Assembly: GCF_964213995.1 (NCBI RefSeq)
Contig: NC_135807.1
Span: 63,488,001-63,552,000 of the forward strand
Source of the DNA: Mustelus asterias
Taxonomy: Eukaryota
Length of the DNA: 64,000 bases
Reading direction: 5' to 3'
Positions 23,241 to 35,514 of this stretch are shown here, in pieces. A model generated the notes under the pieces. That model ran no database searches, had not been told where the DNA came from, and saw only the letters and a program-made list of their open reading frames with translations. Within the stretch, counting starts at the first letter, position 1. Each line of letters starts with the position of its first letter. The position numbers and the translations under genes were made by a program.

Positions 23241-26200
23241 TGCTATGGTCTCTAACCACTGTTTTTTTTAAAACAGGTCTTCTCTTGATCTGAAGTGCCT
23301 ACTCGTGAGCTACTGGTTTTAACCACAGTGTTTCTGATCTGAAGGCCTTCCTAGAAAGACCAAATACACAGTTTGACTGCAATGTTTTTCATAGTGGGTC
23401 TTTTTCAACCTCTTGTGCTGGAACAGCATGTCTGTACTAGAGGTTGTTTTCAGCCATAGAAAAAGCTGGCACAATTGTGAGTTATCCTCCAAGGGGTCCT
23501 CAAAGAGGACCTTCTAGCGGCCACTGTTTATTTCTCTGGATAGGTGTTCTGACCACGCCAGGTGGGGCTCGGAGGCCTTTGGAGTCTCTGAGTGGTCAGG
23601 GACATAGCTCTATCCATGCCACCCTGCCCGTGACTTCCTGGCACCAGTTAGTCCTTTCAGCTTTCAGCACTTTGTTGGGAGAATTGCAGACATGATGCTG
23701 GCATTAACTCAATAGTGACAATGCTGTCCAATTCTGCGATGTAGATCATATCCCAAAAATCATTACAACCTATCTGTGCCTGGTAAAACAATAGCATAAT
23801 TGTATTTGTAATAACGAATAATTTATTAGTCATCTACTAATACATATCTCCAGAGTTTTCTCAGATGTTTCTGATAAGGATTGTCTTCTGAAATGTAATG
23901 GTCGCCTGGCGCTGAGAAAACTCAAACTGTAAGATGAAATTGCTAACTTATGAAGAACTAATTGGTATCTTTTGCTCTATTTGCTGCATTCAGCAGAAAG
24001 CAAAATTGGCATTAAGTACTAAACAGACTCCCTGCTGAATTTTATTTGCTAACTTCGATAAATGGATGAGTGTATAAGCCATTATTCAATCATTTTATAT
24101 GTGATTTGAAGAACTTTGCTGAAAATGTTGAACAAGCTAACTTACAATTTTCAAAAAGAAAAAAATTTCTCTTTGTGTCAAGCTCGGATAAATATCTGGA
24201 TTAATCCAAAAACAACATTAGTGTTCCTAATAGGTTTTCATCACTGAATGCGAGAGTCACATTAAGTATATAATGTGGTGCATTTCTGAAGAACTATTCA
24301 CCCATGATGATCAACAGAAAGGCACATTGCAATAAATCATTGTGTTGGTTTACATGTCATGAAAATTCTTTTGCCAAATCATGAGGCCATAGAAAACATT
24401 TGCTAATTGCAGGGAAAGTAAACCTTAGCCGTAATTATCGTTCAAACATAAAGCATTCTTGTACCAGTTAGTTACTGCCATTAACTATTTCTCTCCCTAC
24501 ATCATTACCCAAAAATGCAAATCGAAAATTAAACTTTCAACTCACCAGAGTTATGCCAGGATGCTAGCATCAACTGTCAGCAGAGCCATAAGCCACAGCT
24601 CTGTGACATCTCATTGCTGGCTTTCATGAAATGTATTAAAGGTCTAAGCACCTGGAAAAGAAGAGCAAAGTGAATGGCTGAATATTTTAGCCTGGAAATT
24701 ACGCAATAAAAATTGCATAAGTTGAACGTAATTATGGTATGGGATGGGAGAAGTTAAAAAAGCAGCTAAAACCTAGATCTGTCAGGACATCAGCCGCTAG
24801 TCACCCACACCTCCTCACCCAACCCCCCCCACTAAAAAATTGCACATTGTGGAAAGGAGACAACAGTCCTTCTGCCCACCCTCTGGTACATGATGGGAAG
24901 TTTGAAGGAATTCCTAGATGTATTCCCAGGCTACCCTGAGAATTTTGGCAGATATATTTTTGATAGGCATATTGCATTTGCCAAAATGAATCATACTTCT
25001 GATTGTGGGCCTAAAATTGGGCTTCAAGTGGAAAAGATTAGCAGAAATTGATCACAGATGGATCAATTGCTGTTACTCCAGACACTGAATGGAGCTGAAA
25101 GATAAACCCTGGCTCTTTTTCTTCAGCCTGATCTGATACTGGAATGAGCCACTCACTGCCTTCTTGGGACAAGCACGTGCATTGTATTGCTGCAGGAGTG
25201 GACATCTGCTCCCAACATTCAAATAATCCTGTCCTTGGAGTATGGGAGGTGACAACAGCAAGCTGAAGCCTTTAGCCACTTATTCCCAACAGATGTTTTA
25301 AAATAAAATAGTGATAGCTTTAAAGCTGAAATAAGTTGGAAGAAGCTATGAGAGAAATGTACCCATAAGATAAATAAACTATGGGAACTTGGAGTACAAA
25401 CCAAAAGAAACACCAGTTATTTCATTACACTTTAACACCCAGATACAGGACTTATGAGAATCCAACAGCAGCTCAGATGAGCATTAAATAAAAATGCCAG
25501 AGCCATAATGGAAGTAAAATAAAATTCATAAGGACATCCTCATAAGAAATGTACCCAGGAATAAAGGTATAATGATTTATAAGTGTTTAATTGGATCTCT
25601 GCTACAGGTTATCCTTGCTGATTTGACAGGTAGTTCTCTCATTAAATTCTTACCAATCATTTCAGATTTAAACTAATCCCTTCTGCCCATTCCATTTTTA
25701 ACCAAACCTTCTAAAAAAAAAAGCAGAAAAATTCAGCCATTTATTTTTTCTTCTTTTTCAGTCGATACTTAGTGTTCCTTCTGGGAGCCAGCAATGATAT
25801 ATCATCAAGCAACTGCCTTCCCCGATCGGGTATCATTTGAAAGGAGAAAGTAGACAAAACTTGCAGTTGAATGGTGTTTTCAGGTTAAGTGGTTAAATAA
25901 TGTCAGTGAGATTGCCTTGAAGCTGAAGTTTAACCACACAGACTACGCATTGTAAAATTGTGCAACTTTCCCATTTTACTAATTGAAAAAAAATCCCCTT
26001 TCTGATTTGGTTTCAAATTTTGTTTCTAATAACATAACCAACCAACCATTGACTCACCAGACCCTTTCCTTCCTGTGGAAGGGGCCTACTCTCCACTTGT
26101 CATTCTCTTCAACTGAACAGTCAAGTTTGAGAACTCACATGGTTCAGAATCGCAGGCCCTTGAAATTGTGTCCTTCCATTTTGTGACATAAAATATTGGA

Positions 26201-27261
26201 ATGCTACCCTGCTGAAGTTTAATACTCCACTGCTGTAAGTTATCTAATTATGATACAAGGTTACAAATCTATTAATAAGTAAATGAAAACTTGAAATTAT
26301 ATAGCACCTTATTATGTTTCAGAGCAGCTTACACAACTTGCATTTGAAATGAATTTGTACATCAAATACTGCAGCCAACTTATAGATAGAAAGATTCCAC
26401 AAATGGTAATGAGCTAAATGACCAAATCATCTGTTTTGTGGCAAAGGAATATTGATTGTTCCACTAAAAAACTCCTTGCTCTTCTTTGAACAGTCCCATA
26501 AGCTTTTTTTAAAGTTCAGCCTGAACTACTAATTGAGCCAAGCTAATATGTCATGTACACTGCTAAAAAAAAGCTATGAAGGTGAGTACTAAATTATAGT
26601 AAATTGAGACCAGCAATGACTGGGTAGAGACTGGTTACAGAAAGAATATGCCTAACGAGGATTCCAGAAGGAAACTAGGAGAAACACCTGGGATAAAGTG
26701 CATATGCCAAGTTTAAGTCTATCTCAGTAGAAAAAAAACAATGATTACTGGGAACACACACACACTCACACTCACACTAGGGATAGAGAAGACAAGGACA
26801 GTAAATGTGGGACACAACATCCAATGAAATTATGACGGTACGGTAGATGATGCAGATTCAAACTAATGAACATCAAATTTAGGATGTTCTTCATTCAAAA
26901 AGTGTAATTTTATTTTTTATTGCTGCAAAAATATTTGTGTGAGGTTTAGAATAAGTTGCTGATTTGTTATCATTTTTCACCCAGTGATAAGAGTTAAAAT
27001 GACACCTAGCAAGTGATAAACATGTGTAATGGGATTTTCAGAAGATCATTTAGATAATTTAAGAAACAGAACTGCTCTGATTAGGGATTGTAGGTTTTTT
27101 TTAATGGATGACTTATGATGGGTTGGTCTTCATCTCTACCTATCCAGTAATCATGAAGTAAGTTCAGCTTTCACTTCAATACATCTGTATGTTATTTGCA
27201 GAATATAATTTCTAACATAACTTCAAAGGAGGGTCAAACATTCATGACCAATAAAAATTCA

Positions 27262-27468
27262 GGAGGGATTTTCTGCGACCCCTGCACCATGTTTTCCGAT
27301 GGCGGAGGCGGCTTGCCATTGGTTGCCAGTGGAATCTTCCAGGCCCGCCAATCTCTATGGCATTTTGCATGGCTTGCTTGTCCAGCTGCCAGGGAACCCT
27401 CCACAGGGGGGTCACCTCTGGGGGAACCAGAGGATCCCACTGGCGGGAAGGGCAGGGAAATCCCACCC
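27262..27468. mobile_element. Short Harbinger-type MITE
   Basis: Termini GGAGGGATTTTC / GGAAATCCCACCC; GC-rich island in AT-rich intron. Confidence 0.65.
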
Positions 27469-28200
27469 TAAAAGTTGTTTTAGGGTGGGAAACAAATGCT
27501 AGCCCTGCCAGAAATGCCACACGCCACAAAAGGATAAAAACATAATTATTGTAAACGTAAAATAATCCTCACAGGTACTGTTTTTTACCCTTTTGGACAT
27601 TTTGTCTATGTTTGGTGATCTATCGCTATTTTGGCTTGGTTTTTGTGATGTTAATGATGGCAATACTGTTGCTGCCATACTGCACTAAAATTGAGAATTC
27701 TTTTGGCGCAGAATATAGTGAAAGTACAGAAGTTGCTGTCTGTGAGGATTCTGCAGAGGATGTGCTTTTCAGGTCCCCACAGACCACAAACAATGGGAAG
27801 TCTTTGAACTGCCAAGAACCTACAGACTTAAACTGGTAATATTGCCATAAAAAATCCTTCAAAAAGTTGCACTTTCTTAAATGAGGCATAACTGGATTAT
27901 TAACTGTGTACAACTTTACTGTTAAATACTGTAACTGGCCCAGGAAAATTAATTTTATATTTGTAAAAACTCAAATTTGTCTATTGATTCAAATTCAACA
28001 TATTTCTCAAAAATAATATTTTTAAAGCTTGTCTATCCTTATTTTCACTTCTATCTTAAACCAATCTTAATCATTCATTTTGCTATTTTACATTTTAATT
28101 TGAAAGTAAAGGGAGTCAGTGCCTTTAATTTCCTGGTTTGTTGTCTGTGAGAAAACTTCAATCTGATTAGCTGCTGTCCGACATGAACGGCATGTTCAAG

Positions 28201-28515
28201 GGGCAATGCGGTAGCACAGTGGTTAACATGCTGCCTCACAGAGCCAGGGACCTGGGTTTGATTCCTGGCTTGGGTCACTCTCTGTGTGGAGTTTGCACAT
28301 TCTCCCTGTGTCTGTGTGGGTTTCCCCTGGTGCTCCGGTTTCCTCCCACAGGCCAAAAGAAAATGTGCGGGTTAGGTTGATTGGCCTTGATAAATTGCAT
28401 TAGGGGGACGTCGGGGGATTAGTAGGGGATTAGGGGCTGGGTGGGATTGTTGTCGGTGCAGGCTGGATGGGCTGAATGGCCTCCTTCTGCACTGCACTGC
28501 ATTCTATGATTCTAT
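28201..28515 (+). mobile_element. HE1-type V-SINE
   Basis: tRNA head, V core, ATTCTATG tail. Confidence 0.9.
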
Positions 28516-28704
28516 CATGAATATTGTTGAATGTCTGAACACCTCTTGAATTAGAGTCAAATTTAAACCGCCATCAGGAAAATGGAACTCCGCGCCACAG
28601 GTATCATTGTGGGCAACTTTCCTCGAAGTCAGCAGTGAATAACATTGCTTCGCTGCAGACCACCAAATCTGTGCCTAAGTTTCTCTTTTGACTTGGGGCC
28701 ATAC

Positions 28705-28862
28705 CTATGTCATTGAAGTCCACGGTTAAGCCTTGCTTGACATGGTTCTGTATCAGTTGCAATGTTCGCTCAAAGATCTCTCCTGCTCTTGCTGTCTCCA
28801 CAGTAAAGGGGTCACGTGGATAACGAAACAAAGCCAGCAAGTCATTTGGACTAAGTGGGCTT
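28705..28862 (-). CDS. PXDNL: Peroxidasin-family exon (linker/propeptide), 158 nt
   Basis: Acceptor tttttttctag|, donor G|gtatgg. Encodes (K)[52 protein letters not shown]; phases fit both neighbouring exons. Confidence 0.95.
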
Positions 28863-30469
28863 CTAGAAAAAAAATGTACAAGTCAAGCAGAATTCCAATG
28901 TAATGCAAACAGAACTTTTTAATTGTTCATAAGATTTAGACCAGGCAACTCATTTAGATATGCATTTTTTCACATTTTAAATAAAGGGCATTCTTGATCT
29001 ATTTACCCGAAATCAATTGCAATCCAGCAGCAATGTGATAACAAGATTCACTTCACAATTCAGACATCAAAGCTATAACTACAGCTCTCCTGGGTCACCT
29101 GGCTCTTAAATTTGGGCCTTTTCATAGATGGGATATGCACATTTTTCTTCCTTTCTTTTGCAAATATTTCCTTTGCATTTTTTTTTTAAATTACTTTTTT
29201 ATAGTTCACAGTGTGTTGTTAATTAGGAACCCAATTTTAACCCAACCTGCTCAAGCCACTAAAATCTCAAAAATTAACTTGCCAACCTATTGAAAGTAGG
29301 CACGTGCCTGATAAATACAAGAAAATCAGGGTCCCATGATGTAATTGTTGTTTAAGGTAGGTAATATGGATTAATGGCGTATAAGTGAAGTTCAGGTACG
29401 GATTAGCCATGATCTGATTAAACAGTGGAAGTGAATCAAGAGACTCAATGGCCAGCTGTCAATCAAGCAATGTTTGCTCTGGGGCTCAGGTGTTTTAGTA
29501 TTCTAATCGATGTCTGGGCTGAGAGGTGGGTAGTTTTCCAGTTGGGACAAGCAACTTGGACACAAACCCCAGGATTGTTTTTGGCTGCAGCAGGTAAATA
29601 TTAAACTGAAGCCAAAATTCACCTCCTGAAAACTCAGGGAGGCAAAATCATGGCCTAGATTTAGAAGAGCAGAATGATGGTACCTGGATGACTAGCTGAA
29701 TGCCGCAGTGAATAACAGAAATCGTCAGTTAATCAATGTTTCACTGAAACTGAGCAGCTGTGATACACCACAAAGGAAAGGAACGCAAGCGATAAGCCAT
29801 TCTGATGCACTAGAGGACCTGTGTGATCTCTTAGCAAATCGCATCTCAGTTCAAAAATAACTCAATAAAACATGTGAAAAAAGCATAATGTAAGGAGGAT
29901 AATATGCAAAAGGATCCTCTGTGTGCTCCAGAATCATTGATAACTGAGCCACTCTCTTTGGCTGATCATTACAGCACAATCTGCTGATCTCCTGTCTCTT
30001 CAGAAAATTCCCAAACGTAAACTGTAATGCATTGAGTGGAAGTGGAGATAATCAAGGGTATATAGCATTACTTATTTACCTTTTGAGATCCTCGCTACAA
30101 TTATATCTGATGGACATCAAATGTAACAGTTGGCAGTCCTGAAAAGTGCACACATGATTGAAGAGAGGCTAATCTCTGCGCTATAGTTCTACAAGTTTTG
30201 TCAGCTTGGCTCTTTGGCAGATTGCCTCATGATAGTCAACCATGTAACATTCATCTCACCTCATTATAAACAGATCGCTAGCTGATTGTTTAAAGATGCA
30301 GGTCTGGAAATTCCTGCACAGTCACATCCCAAAGTTGGACTCAAAAGGACACGCACTCCCGTGCCCATTCTGCTGATGTCAAGTTACACTCAAATTATCT
30401 GCCAGTCCCATCAGCAAACACCCGAAACATAACATGGATAAAAATCAGTGTAACATAGTTTGAATGCAA

Positions 30470-30885
30470 CTGGAGCAGCAGTAAAGGTGCCTTCCAAACC
30501 CACAGCCACTTACCTAGACGAATAAGGGCAGCAAGAACATGGGGACACCACTCCACTTCAAGTTCTACACCAAGTCATACATCACCCTGACTTGGAAAAA
30601 TAATGCCAGGAATTTTCCCAGGGGCAGACCATGTGAAGTTCCATTGAGCTCGGGTGGGATTCTCTGGTTTTGGGGTGAGCGTGACCAGAGAATCCCACCC
30701 ATCATCTTTCCTTCTCTGTTGCTGGATCAAAGTCTTGGAAATCCCTAACTGCCCTGTGGTTGTACCTTCACTCCGTGGGCAGCAGCAGTTCAAGAAGACA
30801 GGTCACCACCACCTACTCAAAGGCAATTAGGGATGGACAATAAATGTTGGTCTTGCCAGCGATACCGACATCCCATGAATAAATT
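30470..30885 (+). mobile_element. CR1-group LINE 3' remnant (GGCAATTAGGGATGG tail) with a small MITE-like insert near 30605-30700
   Basis: Homologous to 47640-47940. Confidence 0.65.
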
Positions 30886-31039
30886 GAAAAAAGCTCATCA
30901 TGCTTTCCCTTTATTCCTTGTCCACTGTGGAACTAACTTCAGTCACACCTTTGAGATCAAACCAGTTAATCAATGAGCTTGCAGTTAACCCTCCAAGAAA
31001 AATGCAGACCAGTAGAACCTTCAATTGCATGGGTTTTGA

Positions 31040-31290
31040 AAATCTCATCCTCATTTTCAGATCCCTCCTTGGTATGGCTCCTCCCAATCTCTAATTTTCT
31101 CCAGCCCTACAATCCTCCAAGTTTTCTGTGCTCTTCCATTTCTGGCCTCTTGCACATCCCTAATTTTAACTACTCTAACAAGGACAGCTATGTCCTCAGT
31201 TACTTAGGCCCTAAGCTCTGAAATTCCAACCCAATTTCTCTCTGCATCTCTAGCTTTCTTTCATCTTTAAGGAACTGCTCCAAGTCATAT
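31040..31290 (+). mobile_element. L2-type LINE 3' remnant
   Basis: CTCCAGCCCTACAA...GGCCCTAAGCTCTGAAATTC signature. Confidence 0.55.
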
Positions 31291-31640
31291 TATTATTATA
31301 TAATATCTTGGACTTATTTACTGTACAAGACACAAGGCATTAATCACATATAATGGATTGGGGAAGCACTTTGTGGGTTCTTATATTCAGACTAGGCACA
31401 TGAGAATCATTATACATAGATATAAATCTTAAAGGCATCAGAACTGTGCGTATGTGCTCTGTTCAATGCAAAAGTGAAACTAAGACAGGATCATATGACA
31501 CGTTTTCCATATAGCGATGTCATGCTGCTATCCCTTAAAGGCATTTTACAACATTCCCTCTTCTAAAGAAGGACTAATATTTAGAATTTGTGTTCATGCT
31601 TAGTTATCATTATCCAAGTGTGCAGAACTGATGAATCTAT

Positions 31641-32602
31641 GGGCCCTATTTTACCATTTTGATTCTAAGTACTGGGCAGACTTGAAACTGGGAGTGTTTC
31701 AGATCCGACTTTTAGACCCGTTCTGAGGCGCTCCCATACACTGCCTGAAAAAATATCAGCAATTTCAAATCATGCTGCAGAAGCCTATGAGCGGGGCTTA
31801 ATGCACCCAAAATCCTGCAGCTCCGATCAGCGCCTCCAACTGCGCATGCGCAGAAAAAAAAAAGATAGAATGTGGTTCCCTTGCCACATCCCTCCCGGGC
31901 TGGATAATGCCTTCCCCTGGCCCCCACAGACATTGCCCCACCCCCACAACACTACTGACTCCCTCTATCCCCCACCCCCTCCGCCACCCAGACCGATCGC
32001 GGGCCCCTCCCCCCTTGCCCCCATCTCAGGCAGAGTGCAACGGACACACCCTTCCCCCTCACTGATCTCAGACAGAATGGTAGCGGACCCCCCTTCCACC
32101 TCACTGATCTCAGGTAGAATGGCAGTGGACCCACCTTTCCACCTTACTGATCTCAGGCGGATGGCAGCAGACCCCCCCTTCCCCGCTCCCCCCCCCCACC
32201 CCGATCTTAAGCAGGGAGCCGTCAGACCCACCTTTCCCCACTCCCCCCACCGATCTCAAGCAGAGACCCATCGGACACTCGGCACTTACATCCTCACGAA
32301 CTGGAGCACCCGAATCGGGCTTTTGTAGAGCATGTCTGTTTTGCGCCGATTCTCGATGGGCGAACACGGTGGAAAAGGGGTGAGTGCCGGTAAAGTTGTA
32401 CCCATTAAGTCAATTTAAATGCATGCAAAAGCGTTTAAATGGCCGTCCGTTTCGGGCACAGTCCCGATCGCGGCCATTTTCAGACCTTGGTAAAGGGGGA
32501 ACCGGCGCGGAGAGAGGCACGGATCACGCTACTCGCCTCACGCCCGACTTTACCAAGTTTTCATGCCCAAAAACGGGTACACGCGATGGTAAAATCGGGC
32601 TC
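31641..32602. mobile_element. Young Harbinger-type non-autonomous element with internal minisatellite
   Basis: 17-bp TIRs GGGCCCTATTTTACCAT / ATGGTAAAATCGGGCTC (2 mismatches), 3-bp TSD TAT (31638-31640 / 32603-32605), CpG-rich. Confidence 0.85.
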
Positions 32603-32808
32603 TATGAGTCTCCAAAGCGAGCTGACTAAATTAGATGGGATCATGTTCACTTGTGATGCCTGCCCTGGCAAAAAGCCTGCTGTTCATCACCACCATCACA
32701 GAGCAAGTACCCATGAAACATGGAATCATATCCAACAAGAAATCACCACGTCAAGAAATAAAAAGGGGCGAGAGTGGGGAGAAAATTGGCAAAAAGAAAA
32801 TAGCTTAC

Positions 32809-32917
32809 TTGTTAAATAATTTCCTGCGTGTGGAATTAATTGCACTGTCAACACTATGAATCGCTTCGCGAATGGAAGACTCCACAAAGTTGTCACCAGT
32901 CCGACCCCTCTCTGGAA
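32809..32917 (-). CDS. PXDNL: Peroxidasin-family exon (post-Ig4 linker), 109 nt
   Basis: Acceptor ttcttcctcacag|, donor AA|gtaagc. Encodes (V)[35 protein letters not shown]. Not in the ORF track; read manually. Confidence 0.93.
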
Positions 32918-33125
32918 CTGTGAGGAAGAAACATCAAGTTGAAAAGGGTCATATATTCATACAAAATGGCTCAGAAATTTATTGTGTGTGGAAGAGGCAC
33001 ATACACCTGATGGTAAAACTGCGCATAGGTGATCAAGATAAATCCACATTGCTTGCTCTTTACCCCTATCCTGGAAGCTCGTAAGGCAGCAACACTTGAG
33101 AATCAAACAAAGAAGTGCATTTTAA

Positions 33126-33783
33126 GAATCATAGAATCCCTATAGTGCAGAAGGAAGCCATTTGGACCATCAAGTCAACACCATCTCTCTGGCAGAGCAT
33201 CTTACCCAGCCCCACATTCAGCCCCACATTCTCTCCCCCCCCACCCGCCCTATCTTTGTAAATTCACAAATTACCCCACTAATCCCTCTAATCTACATAT
33301 TTTGGGACACTAAGGGACAATCTTGCATTGGCAATCCACTTAGACCATAAGATATAGAAGCAGAGTTAGGCCATTCGGCCCATCGAGTCTGCTCCGGCAT
33401 TCAATCATGGCTAATATGATTCTCATCCCCATTCTCCTGCCTTCTCCCCATAACCCTTGATTGCCCTATTGATTAAGAACCTATCTATCTCGGTCTTAAA
33501 AATACTCAATGACCTGGCCTCCACAGCCCTCTGTGGCAATGAGTTATACAGATCCACCACCCTCTGGCTGATGAAATTCTTCCTCATCTCTGTTTTAAAG
33601 AAGCGTCCCTTCACCTTGAGGTTTGCCCTCGAGTTCTAGTCTAGTTCTTAACCTGCATTTCTTTGGACAGTGGAAATTGGAGAACCCGAAGGAAACCCAC
33701 ACAGGCATAGCGGGAATATGCAAACTCCACACAGACTGGCTGAAATCGAACCCAGGTCCCTGGCATTGTGAGGCAACAGGACT
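33126..33783 (-). mobile_element. HE1-type SINE interrupted by a CR1 3' fragment (about 33341-33640, minus)
   Basis: SINE tail at 33126, core resumes about 33650. The inner CR1 encodes KGRFFKTEMRKNFISQRVV. Confidence 0.82.
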
Positions 33784-33919
33784 ATAATTTCACTTACACT
33801 GACCATTTACCTAATATTATAGCTTATATTAGTAAAAGGAAAGCCAGATAGAAGGTCCTGTTATCTCCACAATTGACAAAGCATTAACAGTCCTGTAATA
33901 GTCATTTGGTAGTACTTTT

Positions 33920-34255
33920 TGAAAAAAAAAAACATTTTGCTGAAGCTTTTCACCTTGCACTCATCAGGATAATCACAAGAATACCAATGTCAAGGCAAAC
34001 AACAACTTTATACTGTATGCGAAGTGAAGTCAAGCTGCCTGGTTTAAATTGTTAACATTGTTTGGTAGTTGACTATCAGTCACATTAGCTGGTGCATTTT
34101 CCATGGCAACCAATCAGTGTCCACTTGCCAACTAATCAACACTCTTTTTTCAGATAGTATAAGTTGTTGTTTCCCCTGATGTTGGTATTCTTGTGATTAT
34201 CCTAATAAGTGCAAGATGGAAAGCTTTGAAAAATGTATTTTTTCATCAGTACTCA
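33920..34255. mobile_element. Penelope-derived inverted-repeat element with hammerhead-like motifs
   Basis: Roughly 100-bp imperfect inverted arms (GCACTCATCAGGATAATCACAAGAATACCAA / TTGGTATTCTTGTGATTATCCTAATAAGTGC); minus-strand CTGATGA-gtgcaaggt-GAAA-agcttc. Confidence 0.7.
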
Positions 34256-34542
34256 GAAAACAATCTGCTCAGGTTGCAGTAACTATAGGACTGTAACTAT
34301 ATTTGTGTGTGGGGGAAGGGGGGGAGGCAGAAGAAAGACAATCAAAAATAAACTTCCAAAAGATCTGTACCCCATGCAGAAACTGAAAACCTCATTGCAT
34401 AGATAAATAATCAACAGAAGTCCATAGGAAATACTTACATATGATTGTGGTTATTCAGAAAAGATTCCTATGGCATGATTATAATCAACACCATTAAAGC
34501 AATGGGGAAAATAAATGCACGGTTGAAAAATAAATCACTCAC

Positions 34543-34699
34543 CAGTCACTCTTAGCAGCATATTTGTTGTTGCTTGGCCAATCATGTTGCGTGCAGCACA
34601 CTCATATCTTCCTTCATCTGCTTGCCCAATATCCCTGATAGCAAGTGTTCCTTCTGCATTAACACGGAACTTCCCACTCTCTGTAATTTGAACTCCATC
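34543..34699 (-). CDS. PXDNL: Peroxidasin-family exon (Ig4 C-terminal half), 157 nt
   Basis: Acceptor ttgaacag|, donor G|gtgagt. Encodes [52 protein letters not shown] with the Ig I-set D-x-G-x-Y-x-C motif. Confidence 0.95.
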
Positions 34700-35349
34700 C
34701 TGTTCAACAAACATATTTATTTGAAGGTACTTGGAAACGCTATTTCTGAAAGAAATTTTATATTTCCATTAGACGTTTCTTCCAAGCAGACGACCAATTT
34801 TTCCTCCACAAAATTAAGTTTCATAAAAGAAAAAAAAAACCTTCTTCAGTGATAGCTGCTGGCAACAAGTTTACAAGCTTGTGGAAACAAACAAGGAACA
34901 GAATATTTATAGCCGTTTATTTCTAAAGCAGAAACAAATAGACCTTTGTAGGCCCCATTTTAAGAGAAAGAGAAAGCATGGAAAGATACTCTTCCACGGA
35001 GTTCCTATATGATGGCAAATATTAGGCTGGGTCTTTCTCCATTCTACCATTATAGCTACAGCAGAGGAAAGTCAAAGTGACAGGCCTACCAGCATCTACC
35101 CACATTTATATACATTAACATAATGTCCCTTTCCTCCACTCCTGTGGATTGTAGGCCACCTGAACCCAGAATGCTTCATTACATGTAAAGGACATTGAAA
35201 GGCAAAACTCACACACAATTTCCCTTTGTGCCACAGCCATCACCAACTCCACTGACCACCAAGAAAGTGGTGGTAGTGCACTCTGCTGCAGCAGTGGTAA
35301 ACTTTCTCCAAGAACGTTAGAGGAAACAGCTTTACAATGGGCTCAAACA

Positions 35350-35445
35350 AAAACAGAAAATGCTGGAAAATCTGAGCAGGCCTGACAGCATCTGTGGAGA
35401 GAGAATAGGGCCAATGTTTCGAGTCAGGATGACCCTCCGCTTAGC
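35350..35445 (-). mobile_element. Penelope-like terminal repeat remnant
   Basis: Minus strand GGGTCATCCTGACTCGAAAC...CAGATGCTGTCAGGCCTGCTCAG...TCCAGCATTTTCTGTTTT; second copy at 55930-56055 on plus. Confidence 0.6.
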
Positions 35446-35514
35446 TCCTCTGTTTAGCTTGAGGCACTTTAGTTTTCCGGTGTGGACTTTGGCTCAAGGA
35501 AAACACTTCTGAAA

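Noticed and set aside
31801-32328. 175-aa proline-rich ORF, or CRISPR-like repeats
   Set aside because: A by-product of the C-rich minisatellite inside a MITE. There are no unique spacers and the context is eukaryotic.
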